Origin: an uncultured Acidobacteriota bacterium
GTDB lineage: Bacteria; Acidobacteriota; Thermoanaerobaculia; Multivoradales; SZUA-115
DNA: 64,000 nt
NCBI GenBank assembly: GCA_963805975.1
Contig: CAWDVR010000005.1
Location: 224,001 to 288,000 of the forward strand
Direction of reading: 5' to 3'
Under the pieces are notes generated by a model. That model saw only the letters and a list, made by a program, of their open reading frames with translations. It made no database searches and had not been told where the DNA came from. The translations under genes were made by a program, and so were the position numbers. The number at the start of each line of letters is the position of its first letter. The stretch's first letter is position 1. Shown one piece after another: positions 52,144 to 61,384 of this stretch.

Positions 52144-53811
52144 ATGTCGCTTCTCGCGACCCTCCTCCGCTACTCCCGACCGCTGCTGGTGCTGGCCCTA
52201 GTGGTCGGCATCGCGAGCGGAGCGGCCTCGACCGGCCTCCTCGCCCTGATCAGCCAGGCCGTGATCCACGAGCAGCAGCCGGGCCGGGCTTTCTTCCTCG
52301 CCTTCGTGGGGCTCTGCCTGCTGGTGCCGGTCACGCGGCTGCTCTCGGTCTTCCTGCTGCAGCGTCTCGCCCAGGGCGCGATCCTCGACCTCCGGCTCTC
52401 GCTCTCGCGCCAGATCCTGGCCTCGCCGCTGCGCCAGCTCGAGAAGGTGGGGCCGGCGAGGCTGCTGGCGGTCCTCACCAACGACATCGCCATCCTCTCG
52501 GCGACCATCGTGCTGGTGCCGGTGGTGGGGATCAACGGCGCCATCGTCGTCGGCTGCCTCGGCTACCTCGCCTGGCTGTCGCCGGACCTCTTCCTGATCT
52601 TCGTGGCACTCCTCGCCTTCGGCGTCGCCACCTACCGGCTGCCGCTCTTGGCCGGCGCCGAGCGCTTCCGCCGCGTGCGCCAGCTCCAGGACCGGCTGCT
52701 CGAGCACTTCCGCGGCCTCACCGAGGGCGCCAAGGAGCTCAAGCTGCACGCCGGCCGCCGGGCCTCGTTCCTGGGCTCGCTCGAGGAGGCGGCGGACTCG
52801 CAGCGCAGCGCGCAGATCCAGGCCGGCCTGATCTTCGCCTCGGCCGCGGCCTGGGGCCACGCGCTGGTCTTCCTGGTGGTGGGCGCGCTGCTCGCCGGCC
52901 GCACGCTCCTTCCCGGCCTGCCGCACGAGGTGATGGTGGGCTACGTGCTGATCCTGGTCTACATGGTGACGCCGCTCCAGGCGGTGCTCGACTCGACGCC
53001 GGATTTCAGCCGCGCCCGGATCTCGCTGTCGCGCATCGAGGATCTCAATTTGTCGCTTCATATCGCGGGCTCGCTCCGCGCCGAGCCCGGCCTGCGCGGC
53101 GGGGAGGAGCCGGCGCCCGGCTGGAGCGAGCTGGCGCTCGAGGGCGTGAGCCACGGCTACGTCGGCGAGAACCCGCAGGAGAGCTTCACCCTGGGGCCGA
53201 TCGACCTCGTGCTGCGGCCCCGCGAGCTGGTGATCGTGGCGGGCGGCAACGGCAGCGGCAAGACCACCCTCGCCAAGCTCCTGCTCGGCCTCTACGAGCC
53301 CGAGGCCGGCCGCATCGTGCTCGACGGCGAGCCGGTCACCGCCGCCAACCGCGAGGTCTACCGCAACCGCTTCTCGGCGGTGTTCGCGGACTTCCATCTC
53401 TTCCCCCAGCTCCTGGGCCTCTCGGCCGAGGGCCTGGACGACGCGGCCGCCACCTACCTGCGCGAGCTGAAGCTCGATCACAAGGTGAAGGTCGAAGACG
53501 GCCGGCTCTCGACCACCGCGCTGTCGACCGGTCAGCGCAAGCGGCTGGCGCTCCTCACCGCCTACCTCGAGGACCGGCCGATCTACCTCTTCGACGAGTG
53601 GGCCGCCGACCAGGACCCGCTCTTCAAGCGCCTGTTCTACGAGGAGCTGCTGCCGGAGCTGCGCGGCCGCGGCAAGACGGTGGTGGTGATCAGCCACGAC
53701 GAGCAGTACTACGGCGTCGGCGACCGCCTGCTCAAGCTCGACTACGGCCAGCTCACCTACGACGGCCTGCCGCCGCGGCCGGCGACCGCTCAGGCGGCGG
53801 TCAACCCCTAG
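52144..53811 (+). CDS. Cyclic peptide export ABC transporter (PvdE/SyrD family), fused permease-ATPase
   Basis: N-terminal transmembrane helices, GAKELKL, Walker A GGNGSGKTT, LSTGQRKRLAL, FDEWAADQDP, VISHD. Confidence 0.93.
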   Translation: MSLLATLLRYSRPLLVLALVVGIASGAASTGLLALISQAVIHEQQPGRAFFLAFVGLCLLVPVTRLLSVFLLQRLAQGAILDLRLSLSRQILASPLRQLEKVGPARLLAVLTNDIAILSATIVLVPVVGINGAIVVGCLGYLAWLSPDLFLIFVALLAFGVATYRLPLLAGAERFRRVRQLQDRLLEHFRGLTEGAKELKLHAGRRASFLGSLEEAADSQRSAQIQAGLIFASAAAWGHALVFLVVGALLAGRTLLPGLPHEVMVGYVLILVYMVTPLQAVLDSTPDFSRARISLSRIEDLNLSLHIAGSLRAEPGLRGGEEPAPGWSELALEGVSHGYVGENPQESFTLGPIDLVLRPRELVIVAGGNGSGKTTLAKLLLGLYEPEAGRIVLDGEPVTAANREVYRNRFSAVFADFHLFPQLLGLSAEGLDDAAATYLRELKLDHKVKVEDGRLSTTALSTGQRKRLALLTAYLEDRPIYLFDEWAADQDPLFKRLFYEELLPELRGRGKTVVVISHDEQYYGVGDRLLKLDYGQLTYDGLPPRPATAQAAVNP

Positions 53812-53888
53812 TCCACAAATCCCAACCTCTCCGCACTCTAGTCGGAACGCCGGCCAGCGCCGGGACGATGGATTCTCTCGGGGGATGC

Positions 53889-54914
53889 ATGGACGCACAT
53901 CGGTTGGTCTTGACAGAAGCGGAGATCGCTCACATCCAGGCCCAGCTCGCCGAGCTCGCGGCGCGCTACAGCTCGGTGGAGGACCCGCGGTTCCATCAGC
54001 TCGCCACCCTCCATGCCCACGAGCTGCCGCGGCGCGTGCGCGAGGCGATGATCGACTTTCGGGCGAACGAGCCGGCCTCGGCGCTCCTCATCGTCTCCGG
54101 CTATCCCATCGACGGCGAGAAGATCGGCCACACCCCCAAGCACTGGGAGAGCGAGCGCGACGGCGGCCGGGCGCGCGAGGAATCGATATTGCTGGTCCTC
54201 CTGGGCTCGCTCCTGGGCGAGTGCATCGGCTGGTCCACGCAGCAGGACGGGCGGCTGGTGCACGACATCTTTCCCATCAAGGGCAACGAGCAGGAGCAGC
54301 TCGGCACCGGCAGCGAGCAGGTTCTCTGGTGGCACGTGGAGGACGCCTTCCACCCCCACCGCGGCGACTACCTGGGGATGCTCTGCCTCCGGAACCCGGA
54401 CCGCGTGCCGACCACCTTCGCCGCCATGGCCGACCTCGACCTCGACCCCACCCATCTCACCCACCTGTTCGAGCCCCACTACTCGATCCGCCCGGACGAG
54501 TCGCACCTGCAGAAGAACAAGAAGAGCGATCGCGCGGTCGACGGCGAGCTCGCGGTGGCCTACGAGCGCATCGAGAAGATGAACTCGCAGGCCGAGAAGA
54601 TCGCCGTCCTCTTCGGCGACCCGCGCGCGCCCTACATCCGGCTCGACCCGTACTTCATGGAGCCGGCGGAGGACCCCGAGGCCCGGCAGGCCTTCGACAC
54701 GCTGGTCAAGGCGGTGGACGAGAAGCTCGGTGACCTGGTGCTCGAGACCGGCGACTACTGCTTCATCGACAACTTCCAGGGCGTCCACGGCCGGCGGCCG
54801 TTCAAGGCCCGCTACGACGGGCAGGACCGCTGGATGAAACGCATCAACATCACCCGCGACCTGCGCAAATCGCGCCCCTTGCGGGCCAACGCCCAGTCGC
54901 GGCTCATCAGCTAG
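53889..54914 (+). CDS. vioC: Fe(II)/2OG L-arginine (guanidino amino acid) beta-hydroxylase, VioC/GntD family
   Basis: GWSTQQDGRLVHD, WWHVEDAFHP (HxE), VHGRRPFKARYDGQDRWMKR, TRDLRKSR. Directly upstream of a VioD-like gene. Confidence 0.85.
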   Translation: MDAHRLVLTEAEIAHIQAQLAELAARYSSVEDPRFHQLATLHAHELPRRVREAMIDFRANEPASALLIVSGYPIDGEKIGHTPKHWESERDGGRAREESILLVLLGSLLGECIGWSTQQDGRLVHDIFPIKGNEQEQLGTGSEQVLWWHVEDAFHPHRGDYLGMLCLRNPDRVPTTFAAMADLDLDPTHLTHLFEPHYSIRPDESHLQKNKKSDRAVDGELAVAYERIEKMNSQAEKIAVLFGDPRAPYIRLDPYFMEPAEDPEARQAFDTLVKAVDEKLGDLVLETGDYCFIDNFQGVHGRRPFKARYDGQDRWMKRINITRDLRKSRPLRANAQSRLIS

Positions 54915-54919
54915 ACGCC

Positions 54920-56083
54920 ATGCTCGGTCACCTCGCTCCGGCGCTCCTCGAGCGCTTCATGCGGCAGTACTACTTCGCCGTCGACGCCGACATCGGCTCG
55001 AGCGGCGTCGAGAACTTCTCGCTCGCCGACCTGAAAGCGCTCCTGGGCATCGCCCAGGAGGAGCTCGACTCCCTGGTCTTCCGCGACAGCCAGACGCTCG
55101 GCGGCAGCGGTCTGCGCCAGGCCCTGGCGGACCGCTTCGTGGGCGGCGACGCGGCCCGGGTGATGGTGACCCACGGCTCGACCGAGGCGAACTTCCTGAT
55201 CATGAGCACGCTCCTGGCACCGGGCGACGAGGTGGTGGTGCTCGACCCGCTCTACCAGCAGCTCTACGCCGTGGCCGAGGCGAGCGGTGCGGTGCTCAAG
55301 CGCTGGCCGATGCGGGTGGAGGCCGGCTTCCGCCCCGACCTCACCGAGCTCGAGGGCCTGCTCACCCCCGCGACCCGGATGGTGGTGGTGAACTTTCCCC
55401 ACAACCCGACCGGCGTCACGCTCACCCGCGGCGAGCAGGCCGAGCTGCTGCGGCAGGTCGAGCGCACCGGCGCCTACCTGGTGTGGGACGGCGCCTTCAG
55501 CGAGCTGACCTACGACGAGCCGCCGCTGCCGGAGCCCACGCTCGTCTACGAGCGGGCGCTCTCCATGGGCACTCTCTCCAAGGCCTACGGCCTGCCCGGC
55601 CTGCGGGTCGGCTGGCTGATGGCGAGCCCCGACATCCTCGAGCACTGCGCCCACCTCCGGGACTACACGCTGCTCCATCTCTCGCCGCTGATCGAGCTCC
55701 TGGCCCAGCGGGCCATCGAGCAGGCGGACGTGCTGGTGGGGCTTCGCCTCACCGCCGCCCGCGAGCAGCGCCGGATGACCGACGAATGGATCGCGCGCCA
55801 CCAGGGCGCCCTCGACTGGGTGCCGCCGGCCGGCGGCGTCTGCGGCTTCCCGCGCTTTGCCGAGGGAGTGGACGTCGACCGCTTCTGCGAGCGCCTGGCC
55901 GAGGAGCACCGCGTGCTCCTGGTGCCCGGCTCCTGCTTCGGCCAGCCGCAGCACGCCCGCCTGGGCTTCGGCTGCTCCAAGGCCGAGCTGGTCACCGGGC
56001 TGGACGCCGTCTCCCACCTGCTCGGCGAGGTGCTGGGGCGCGAGATCCCCGCTCTTCAGGCTGCGCCGGCAGCGAAAGCCTGA
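54920..56083 (+). CDS. vioD: PLP-dependent capreomycidine synthase-like enzyme (VioD family)
   Basis: LERFMRQYYF..DIGSSGVENFSL, VNFPHNPTG, LVWDGAF, GTLSKAYGLPGLRVGW (PLP Lys). 5 bp downstream of the VioC-like gene. Confidence 0.85.
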   Translation: MLGHLAPALLERFMRQYYFAVDADIGSSGVENFSLADLKALLGIAQEELDSLVFRDSQTLGGSGLRQALADRFVGGDAARVMVTHGSTEANFLIMSTLLAPGDEVVVLDPLYQQLYAVAEASGAVLKRWPMRVEAGFRPDLTELEGLLTPATRMVVVNFPHNPTGVTLTRGEQAELLRQVERTGAYLVWDGAFSELTYDEPPLPEPTLVYERALSMGTLSKAYGLPGLRVGWLMASPDILEHCAHLRDYTLLHLSPLIELLAQRAIEQADVLVGLRLTAAREQRRMTDEWIARHQGALDWVPPAGGVCGFPRFAEGVDVDRFCERLAEEHRVLLVPGSCFGQPQHARLGFGCSKAELVTGLDAVSHLLGEVLGREIPALQAAPAAKA

Positions 56084-56877
56084 GACAGAAACGCGAACGA
56101 GCCGGGAAGCGCTCCCGCCACGTAGTCCATGTCGTGGCCGCCGGGACGCTCTTCGTAGTGGTGGGCGATGCCGGCCGTTTTGAGCGCCTGGTGGAAGGCC
56201 CGGTTCATGGCCAGCATGCGGTCGTGGTCTCCCGCGCCCACGTCGAGGTAGAGGGCGGCGGCGGGCGCGAGGCCCGGTGACAGGTAGCGGTAGGGGTCGT
56301 ACTCCTGCCGCGTGGCCGAGCCCGGTGGCCCCCACACTGCGTCGTGCTCGGCCTCGGTCGGCATGAACTCCGGCCGCGCCGCTCCCAGGGCGGCGTAGGG
56401 GTCGCCCTCGCGGCGCGGTGCGTCGAACGCCCCGGCGTGGCAGGCCACGGCCGAGAAGAGGCCGGGGTGACGGGCGGCGAGGAGGAAGGCCGCGGCGCCG
56501 CCCATCGAGAAGCCGGCAAGCGCCCGTCTCGCGCCATCGATCGGCCGGCCGATGCGGGCCTCGACCGCGGAGATCAGCTCGCCCACGAAGTAGTCCTCGT
56601 AGCGCAGGCCCTGGTGGTCGTTGATGAGCCAGCGCCGGAAGCTCTCCGGAAAGGCGGAGACCCAGGGCGCGGCCAGCACCTGCGCCGCGATCTCCGGGTG
56701 GGAGAGGAAGGACTCGGCGGTGCCGCCCCAGCCGTGCAGGAAGTAGCAGATGGGGAGCGGCACGCCGTCGTCCGCTCCGTCCGGCACCACCATCAGGCAG
56801 CGCTTGGCCGGGCGCGCGAGGCTGCGCGACGGGTGCCGCAGCGTGAGCACGCGCGGGTGCGAGGCGAGGCCGTTCAT
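56056..56877 (-). CDS. Alpha/beta-hydrolase esterase, possible thioesterase
   Basis: YFLHGWGG, nucleophile elbow LAGFSMGG, YLDVGAGD, ERPGGHD. ATG 56877 overlaps the ligase stop (ATGA); 3' end overlaps vioD convergently. Confidence 0.85.
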   Translation of the reverse strand: MNGLASHPRVLTLRHPSRSLARPAKRCLMVVPDGADDGVPLPICYFLHGWGGTAESFLSHPEIAAQVLAAPWVSAFPESFRRWLINDHQGLRYEDYFVGELISAVEARIGRPIDGARRALAGFSMGGAAAFLLAARHPGLFSAVACHAGAFDAPRREGDPYAALGAARPEFMPTEAEHDAVWGPPGSATRQEYDPYRYLSPGLAPAAALYLDVGAGDHDRMLAMNRAFHQALKTAGIAHHYEERPGGHDMDYVAGALPGSFAFLSQAFAAGAA

Positions 56878-58424
56878 GCCGGGGAGCTGCCGAGCCCCGC
56901 GGCGAGCGCCCGGCGGTCCACCTTGCCGCGGTCGGTGCGGGGCAGGGAAGAAACGAGATGGATCTCCGCCGGCACCATGTACGGCGGCAGGCGCTCGGCG
57001 AGCTGGCGGCGCCACGTCTCCGGCAACGCGGCGTCGGGCTCCGCGCCCTTCGCCGCCACCCAGGCCACCAGCCGCTCGCCGACCACGGCCACCGCCGTCT
57101 CGCCGACCGCCGGCAGGGCCGCGAGCTGCTCTTCGACGTCCCCCAGCTCGATGCGGTAGCCGGCGAGCTTGACCTGGAAGTCCTTGCGGCCGTGGAAGAG
57201 GTAGCGACCCCGGCCGTCGACCGACACCAGGTCGCCGGTGGGGTAGAAGGCACGCCCGCTTCCCGGCTCGCGCCAGAGCACGGAGGAGTCCACGGCGCCG
57301 TCCCGGAAGTAGCCGGAGAGGAGCGAGGCGCCGGCCACCAGCAGCTCGCCCACGCCGTCCTCCTCCTGGCGCACCAGGAGCTCGCTGTAGGGGCAGGCGC
57401 GCCCGATCGGCAAGGGGCCCGGGTCCTCGAGGTCGTCCGCGCCCACCTCGTGATAGAGGCAGACGTTGGTTTCCGTGGGGCCGTAGAGGTTGGCGAGCAG
57501 GGCTCCCGGCACGAGCTGCGCGAGCTCCACCACCCCGGCCTTGGGAAAGGGCTCGCCGGCGAAGAGCACGGCGCGCAACGAGTCCAGCCGCGCCGGCCGC
57601 CGGCGCTGGCTGGCGGTGATGCGGGCGAGAACGGTGGGCACCGAGTACCAGACCGTGACCGCCTTCTGCTCGATGAAGCGCGCGAAGGGCTCGCCGCGGC
57701 CGAGCGCGTACTCCGGCACCGGCAGCAGACAGGCGGCAGCGCGCACCGCCGCGAAGAGGTCGAAGACCGAGAGATCGAAGGACAGCGAGGCGTGGTTGGC
57801 CACGCGGTCCTCGGGGCGGAGGAGGGCGAGGTCGCCGGCCCAGTCGACGAAGGCGCAGGCCGCGCGCTGGGAGAGGGCGACGCCCTTGGGCACACCGGTC
57901 GAGCCCGAGGTGCAGAGAATGTAGGCCAGCTCCTCGTCCTCGGCCGCGTGGGGCCGGCCGTTGCCGCCCGCGGCCAGGAGGTCGCGCCAGGAGAGCACCT
58001 CGAGGCCGCCTGCTGCCGGGAGCGGCGCCGCCGTGGGCGCGTCCACCACCACGGCGAGCCGCAGGCCGGGAGGGGCGAGGGGTGCCAGGTGGGCGAGCTC
58101 CAGGCGCCGGCAGACCACGGCCTCGCAGCCGGTCACCGCCAGCACGGCGGCGGCGCGGGCGGCCGGGGCCGCGATGTCGATCGGCACGTAGGGAGCGCCG
58201 AGGCGCAGGGCGGCGAACACCGCGACGGGCACCTCGGCGCTCTTCGGCAGCCACAGGCCGATGCGGGCGCCGGGCCCCACGCCGCGGCGGGCGAGGCCGG
58301 CGGCCACCGCCGCGGCCCGGCGCTCGAGCTCGGCGTAGGTGAGGAGGTCGCTGCCGTGCTCCACCGCCGTGCGGCCGGGGTGGTTGGCGGCGGCGGCGGC
58401 GAGATAGTCGTAGAGCGGCGACAT
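56874..58424 (-). CDS. Stand-alone adenylation enzyme, L-prolyl-AMP ligase type (PltF/RedM/CloN4-like)
   Basis: Code DLFYLALVCK read from FDLSVFD, VWYSVP, VLFAGE and NLYGPTETNVC, matching pyrrole-pathway Pro ligases. Lies next to a dehydrogenase and a carrier protein. Confidence 0.85.
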   Translation of the reverse strand: MSPLYDYLAAAAANHPGRTAVEHGSDLLTYAELERRAAAVAAGLARRGVGPGARIGLWLPKSAEVPVAVFAALRLGAPYVPIDIAAPAARAAAVLAVTGCEAVVCRRLELAHLAPLAPPGLRLAVVVDAPTAAPLPAAGGLEVLSWRDLLAAGGNGRPHAAEDEELAYILCTSGSTGVPKGVALSQRAACAFVDWAGDLALLRPEDRVANHASLSFDLSVFDLFAAVRAAACLLPVPEYALGRGEPFARFIEQKAVTVWYSVPTVLARITASQRRRPARLDSLRAVLFAGEPFPKAGVVELAQLVPGALLANLYGPTETNVCLYHEVGADDLEDPGPLPIGRACPYSELLVRQEEDGVGELLVAGASLLSGYFRDGAVDSSVLWREPGSGRAFYPTGDLVSVDGRGRYLFHGRKDFQVKLAGYRIELGDVEEQLAALPAVGETAVAVVGERLVAWVAAKGAEPDAALPETWRRQLAERLPPYMVPAEIHLVSSLPRTDRGKVDRRALAAGLGSSPA

Positions 58425-58449
58425 GGCGGCCGGCAGCTCCCGGGGGTAG

Positions 58450-59613
58450 CTAGAGCCCGAGGGCGCTCGCCAGGAGGTTTTTCTGGATGTCGGAGGTGCC
58501 GGAGGCGATGGTCCCCGCCACCGCGTCGCGCACGTCGCGCTCGGCGACGGCGCCGTCGGCACCCGGGCGGCGCGAGTAGCCGGCGCCGCCCAGCACCCGC
58601 AGGCCGTCGAGGTGCGCGGCGAGCGCTCCTTCGGAGAGCACCAGCTTGGCGAGCGGGGCGAGCGTCGAGTCCCCGCGCTCGAAGAGGGCCTGGGCGGCGG
58701 CGCGCAGCACCAGGCGCATCTGCCAGTACTGGGCGAGCATGCCGACGATGCGGTGCGAGACCGCCTGGTAGCTCGCGATCGGCTGGCCGAACTGGCGGCG
58801 CTCGCGGGCGTGCTCCACGGCGCGCTCGATCTGCCGCCGCACGGCGCCCACCTGCGGCGCCTGGATCAGCGCCCGCTCCCAGGCGAGCGAGGTCTGGAAG
58901 ATCTGGTTGCCGCGGCGCTCGCGGCCGAGGAGGGCGCCCTGCGGCACGAAGCAGTTCTGGAGGGTGAGCGAGGCGAGCGGCGCGCCCTCGAGGCCCATCA
59001 GCGGCTCGGGCGGCCCCACCGCGAGGCCCGGCGTCTCGCGGGGCACGAGGAAGGCAGAGATGCCGCGGAAGTGCAGCCGCGGGTCGCTGGTGGCGAAGAT
59101 CACGAACAGGTCGGCGGCCGGCGCGTTGGTCACCCAGCGCTTGGCGCCGTCGAGCACGAACCCGCCGCCTTCCGCGCGGTAGCGGGTGGCGAGGCTCATC
59201 ACGTCGGAGCCGGCCCCGGCCTCGGTGGCGGCATGGGCACCCACCAGGCTGCCGTCGAGGAGCGGCGGCAGCCAGCGCGCTTTCTGCTCGTCGCTGCCGA
59301 AGTCGGCCACCGGCCGGGCCACGGCCCAGAGGTGCGCGCCGGCGCCGAACAGAGGGCCGAATGCGGGCAGGCCGGCGCCCAGGCCCTCGAGGAAGTCCAG
59401 CACCTCCTCGCAGCCGAGCCCCGGGCCGCCGAGCTCCGCGGGGAACGGCAGGCGAAAGAAGCCGCAGCGGCCGAGGCCCCGCCACAGCTCGCGGCTGAAG
59501 CCCGCCGCGTCGCCGTCAGCCGAGCCGTTGACCGCCGGGGCCAGCTCCTCGGCGGCGATGCGGCGCGCCTCTCGGTAGCGCTCCGTGGGCGGCGGAAAGC
59601 ACGGCTCGAGCAT
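58450..59613 (-). CDS. Acyl-CoA dehydrogenase-family L-prolyl-carrier protein dehydrogenase (PltE/RedW/CloN3-like)
   Basis: AHLWAV, GAHAATEAGAGSD, KRWVTNAP, SLAWER, RRQFGQPI, GTIASGTSDIQKNLLASALGL. Confidence 0.85.
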   Translation of the reverse strand: MLEPCFPPPTERYREARRIAAEELAPAVNGSADGDAAGFSRELWRGLGRCGFFRLPFPAELGGPGLGCEEVLDFLEGLGAGLPAFGPLFGAGAHLWAVARPVADFGSDEQKARWLPPLLDGSLVGAHAATEAGAGSDVMSLATRYRAEGGGFVLDGAKRWVTNAPAADLFVIFATSDPRLHFRGISAFLVPRETPGLAVGPPEPLMGLEGAPLASLTLQNCFVPQGALLGRERRGNQIFQTSLAWERALIQAPQVGAVRRQIERAVEHARERRQFGQPIASYQAVSHRIVGMLAQYWQMRLVLRAAAQALFERGDSTLAPLAKLVLSEGALAAHLDGLRVLGGAGYSRRPGADGAVAERDVRDAVAGTIASGTSDIQKNLLASALGL

Positions 59614-59630
59614 CCGAGGGTCGCCCGACC

Positions 59631-61028
59631 TCAAGCGCCAGCGACGAGGTACTTGTGCTGTTCTTCCTCGAGCGCCGCGAGGCTCCGGGAGACCACCTCG
59701 TCGGGGATCACGCAATCCTCCATCATGCCCTGGAGGTGCTCCTGGTAGCCGCTCAGGTCGAAGGCGCCGCCGCCGCTGATGTTGACCAGCAGCACCGGCG
59801 ACTTGTCGCCGCTGCCGGCGCGGCGCGCCTCTTCGATCGCCGCGCAGAGCGCGTGTGCGGACTCGGGCGCCGGCAGCACGCCCTCGGTGCGCGCGAAGAG
59901 CATCGCGGCGTCGAACACCGCCCGCTGCGGGCAGGCCACGGCCTCGAACACGCGATCGGCGAAGAGCGCGGAGAGAAACGGCGAGGTGCCGTGGTAGCGC
60001 AGGCCGCCGGCGTGGATGCCGGGGGCCTCGAAGCCGCTGCCCAGGGTCATCATCCGCGCCACCGGGGTGGTGCCGGAGAAGTCGGTGCGGGTGTAGGCGT
60101 AGACCCCGCGGGTCATCTTGGGGCAGCCCGCCGGCTCGACCGCCACGCAGCGCGGCCGGTGCGGCTGCGCTGCGTCGCCCAGGAAGGGGAAGGTGATGCC
60201 GGCGAAATTGCTGCCGGCGCCCATGCAGGCGAAGATCGCGTCCGGGTACTCGCCCAGGGCCCGCATCTGCCCCAGGGCCTCCTGGCCGATCACCGTCTGG
60301 TGCAGCAGCACGTGGTTCTCGCCGCTGCCCACGGCGAAGAGGGTGCGCTCGCCGGAGGCCGCCATCTCCAGCGCCTCGCCAGTCGCCAGCGCCAGGGTGC
60401 CGAGCTTGCTGGCGCTCTCGGCAAGGGCGCGCCGCCCGACGGCGGTCAGGTCGCTCGGGCTCTCGTGGAGGCGGGCGCCGAAGATCTCCATCATGGTGCG
60501 CCGCTGCGGCTTCTGGCGCAGCGACACGGCCGGCATGAAGACCGTGCACTCGAGGCCGAAGAGCTGGCAGGCGAAGGCCAGCGCCGTGCCCCACTGGCCG
60601 GCGCCGGTGCCGGTCACCAGATGTCGCACCCCGGCCTGCCGGTAGTAGTAGGCCTGGGCGAGGGCGCTGTTGAGCTTGTGGCTGCCGGAGATGTTGGCGC
60701 CTTCATACTTGTAGTAGATGCGCGCCGAGGTGCCGATGGCGCGCTCCAGGCGGCTGGCGCGGCGCAGCGGCGTCGGGCGGTAGAGGGCATAGCACTCGCG
60801 CACCGGCTCGGGGATCGCGATCTCGCGCTGCGTGGTGTTGAACGACTGGCGGGCGATCGCCAGCGGCATCTTCGGCAGGTGGCGGTAGAGGTCGTCGGCC
60901 AGCGGGTCGGCCGCCCCCGGCAGCTTCGCGCCCGCTTCGCCGTGCTGCGGGTAATCGGCCAGGAGGTTCCGCCAGGTGGTGGGGACGCCGATCGCGCTCT
61001 CCGTGGTGGGCTCGGTCAAAACGCTCAT
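59631..61028 (-). CDS. trpB2: TrpB2-like PLP beta-replacement enzyme with catalytic Glu replaced by Gly
   Basis: YRPTPLRRA, IYYKYEG, GSHKLNSALAQAYY (PLP Lys), NHVLLHQTVIG, IHAGGLRYHG, PAPESAHA. TGTGAGQWG instead of TETGAGQWG (codon 60609-60611). No trpA or other trp gene nearby. Confidence 0.9.
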   Translation of the reverse strand: MSVLTEPTTESAIGVPTTWRNLLADYPQHGEAGAKLPGAADPLADDLYRHLPKMPLAIARQSFNTTQREIAIPEPVRECYALYRPTPLRRASRLERAIGTSARIYYKYEGANISGSHKLNSALAQAYYYRQAGVRHLVTGTGAGQWGTALAFACQLFGLECTVFMPAVSLRQKPQRRTMMEIFGARLHESPSDLTAVGRRALAESASKLGTLALATGEALEMAASGERTLFAVGSGENHVLLHQTVIGQEALGQMRALGEYPDAIFACMGAGSNFAGITFPFLGDAAQPHRPRCVAVEPAGCPKMTRGVYAYTRTDFSGTTPVARMMTLGSGFEAPGIHAGGLRYHGTSPFLSALFADRVFEAVACPQRAVFDAAMLFARTEGVLPAPESAHALCAAIEEARRAGSGDKSPVLLVNISGGGAFDLSGYQEHLQGMMEDCVIPDEVVSRSLAALEEEQHKYLVAGA

Positions 61029-61369
61029 CCAGCCTTCCCCCGCGCCGCCTTGGCGGCGAGAAAATCGATCAAGTCGCCGAGCGTCACCGGTGCGGCCTCG
61101 TAGAGGTCCTCGTCGTCGACCACGATGCCCAGCGCACCCTCCATGCCGAGCAGGAGGCGCAGGAACCCCGAAGAGCTCACCACCTGGCTCAGCAGTCGGT
61201 CCTCTTCGGCAATAGAAGAGGGGCTATCCGAGGTCAGCCGGCAGACCTCCTGCCAGAGGAGCGCGGCGACGCGCTCGCGGCCGTCCGCGGCCCCTGCCGG
61301 TTCGAGGTGGGCGCCGGCCCCTCCTGTTTCGAGGTCCAGAGCCGGCGGTGCATAGGAGGGGTCTCTCAA
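61025..61369 (-). CDS. Stand-alone acyl/peptidyl carrier protein (PltL-like, atypical motif)
   Basis: EDRLLSQVVSSSGFLRLLLGMEGALGIVVDDEDL...TLGDLIDFL fits the ACP fold pattern. Stop overlaps the TrpB2 start (ATGA). Start codon uncertain. Confidence 0.75.
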   Translation of the reverse strand: MRDPSYAPPALDLETGGAGAHLEPAGAADGRERVAALLWQEVCRLTSDSPSSIAEEDRLLSQVVSSSGFLRLLLGMEGALGIVVDDEDLYEAAPVTLGDLIDFLAAKAARGKAG

Positions 61370-61384
61370 GCCGGGTCACTCCGT

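Noticed and set aside
58450-60594. Long versions of the dehydrogenase (714 aa), esterase (732 aa), VioC-like (438 aa) and exporter (592 aa) ORFs
   Set aside because: The extensions overlap neighbouring genes or intergenic DNA and lack homology; the shorter starts were used.
59631-61028. Housekeeping tryptophan synthase
   Set aside because: No trpA or trp operon, the catalytic Glu is missing, and it is coupled to carrier-protein genes.
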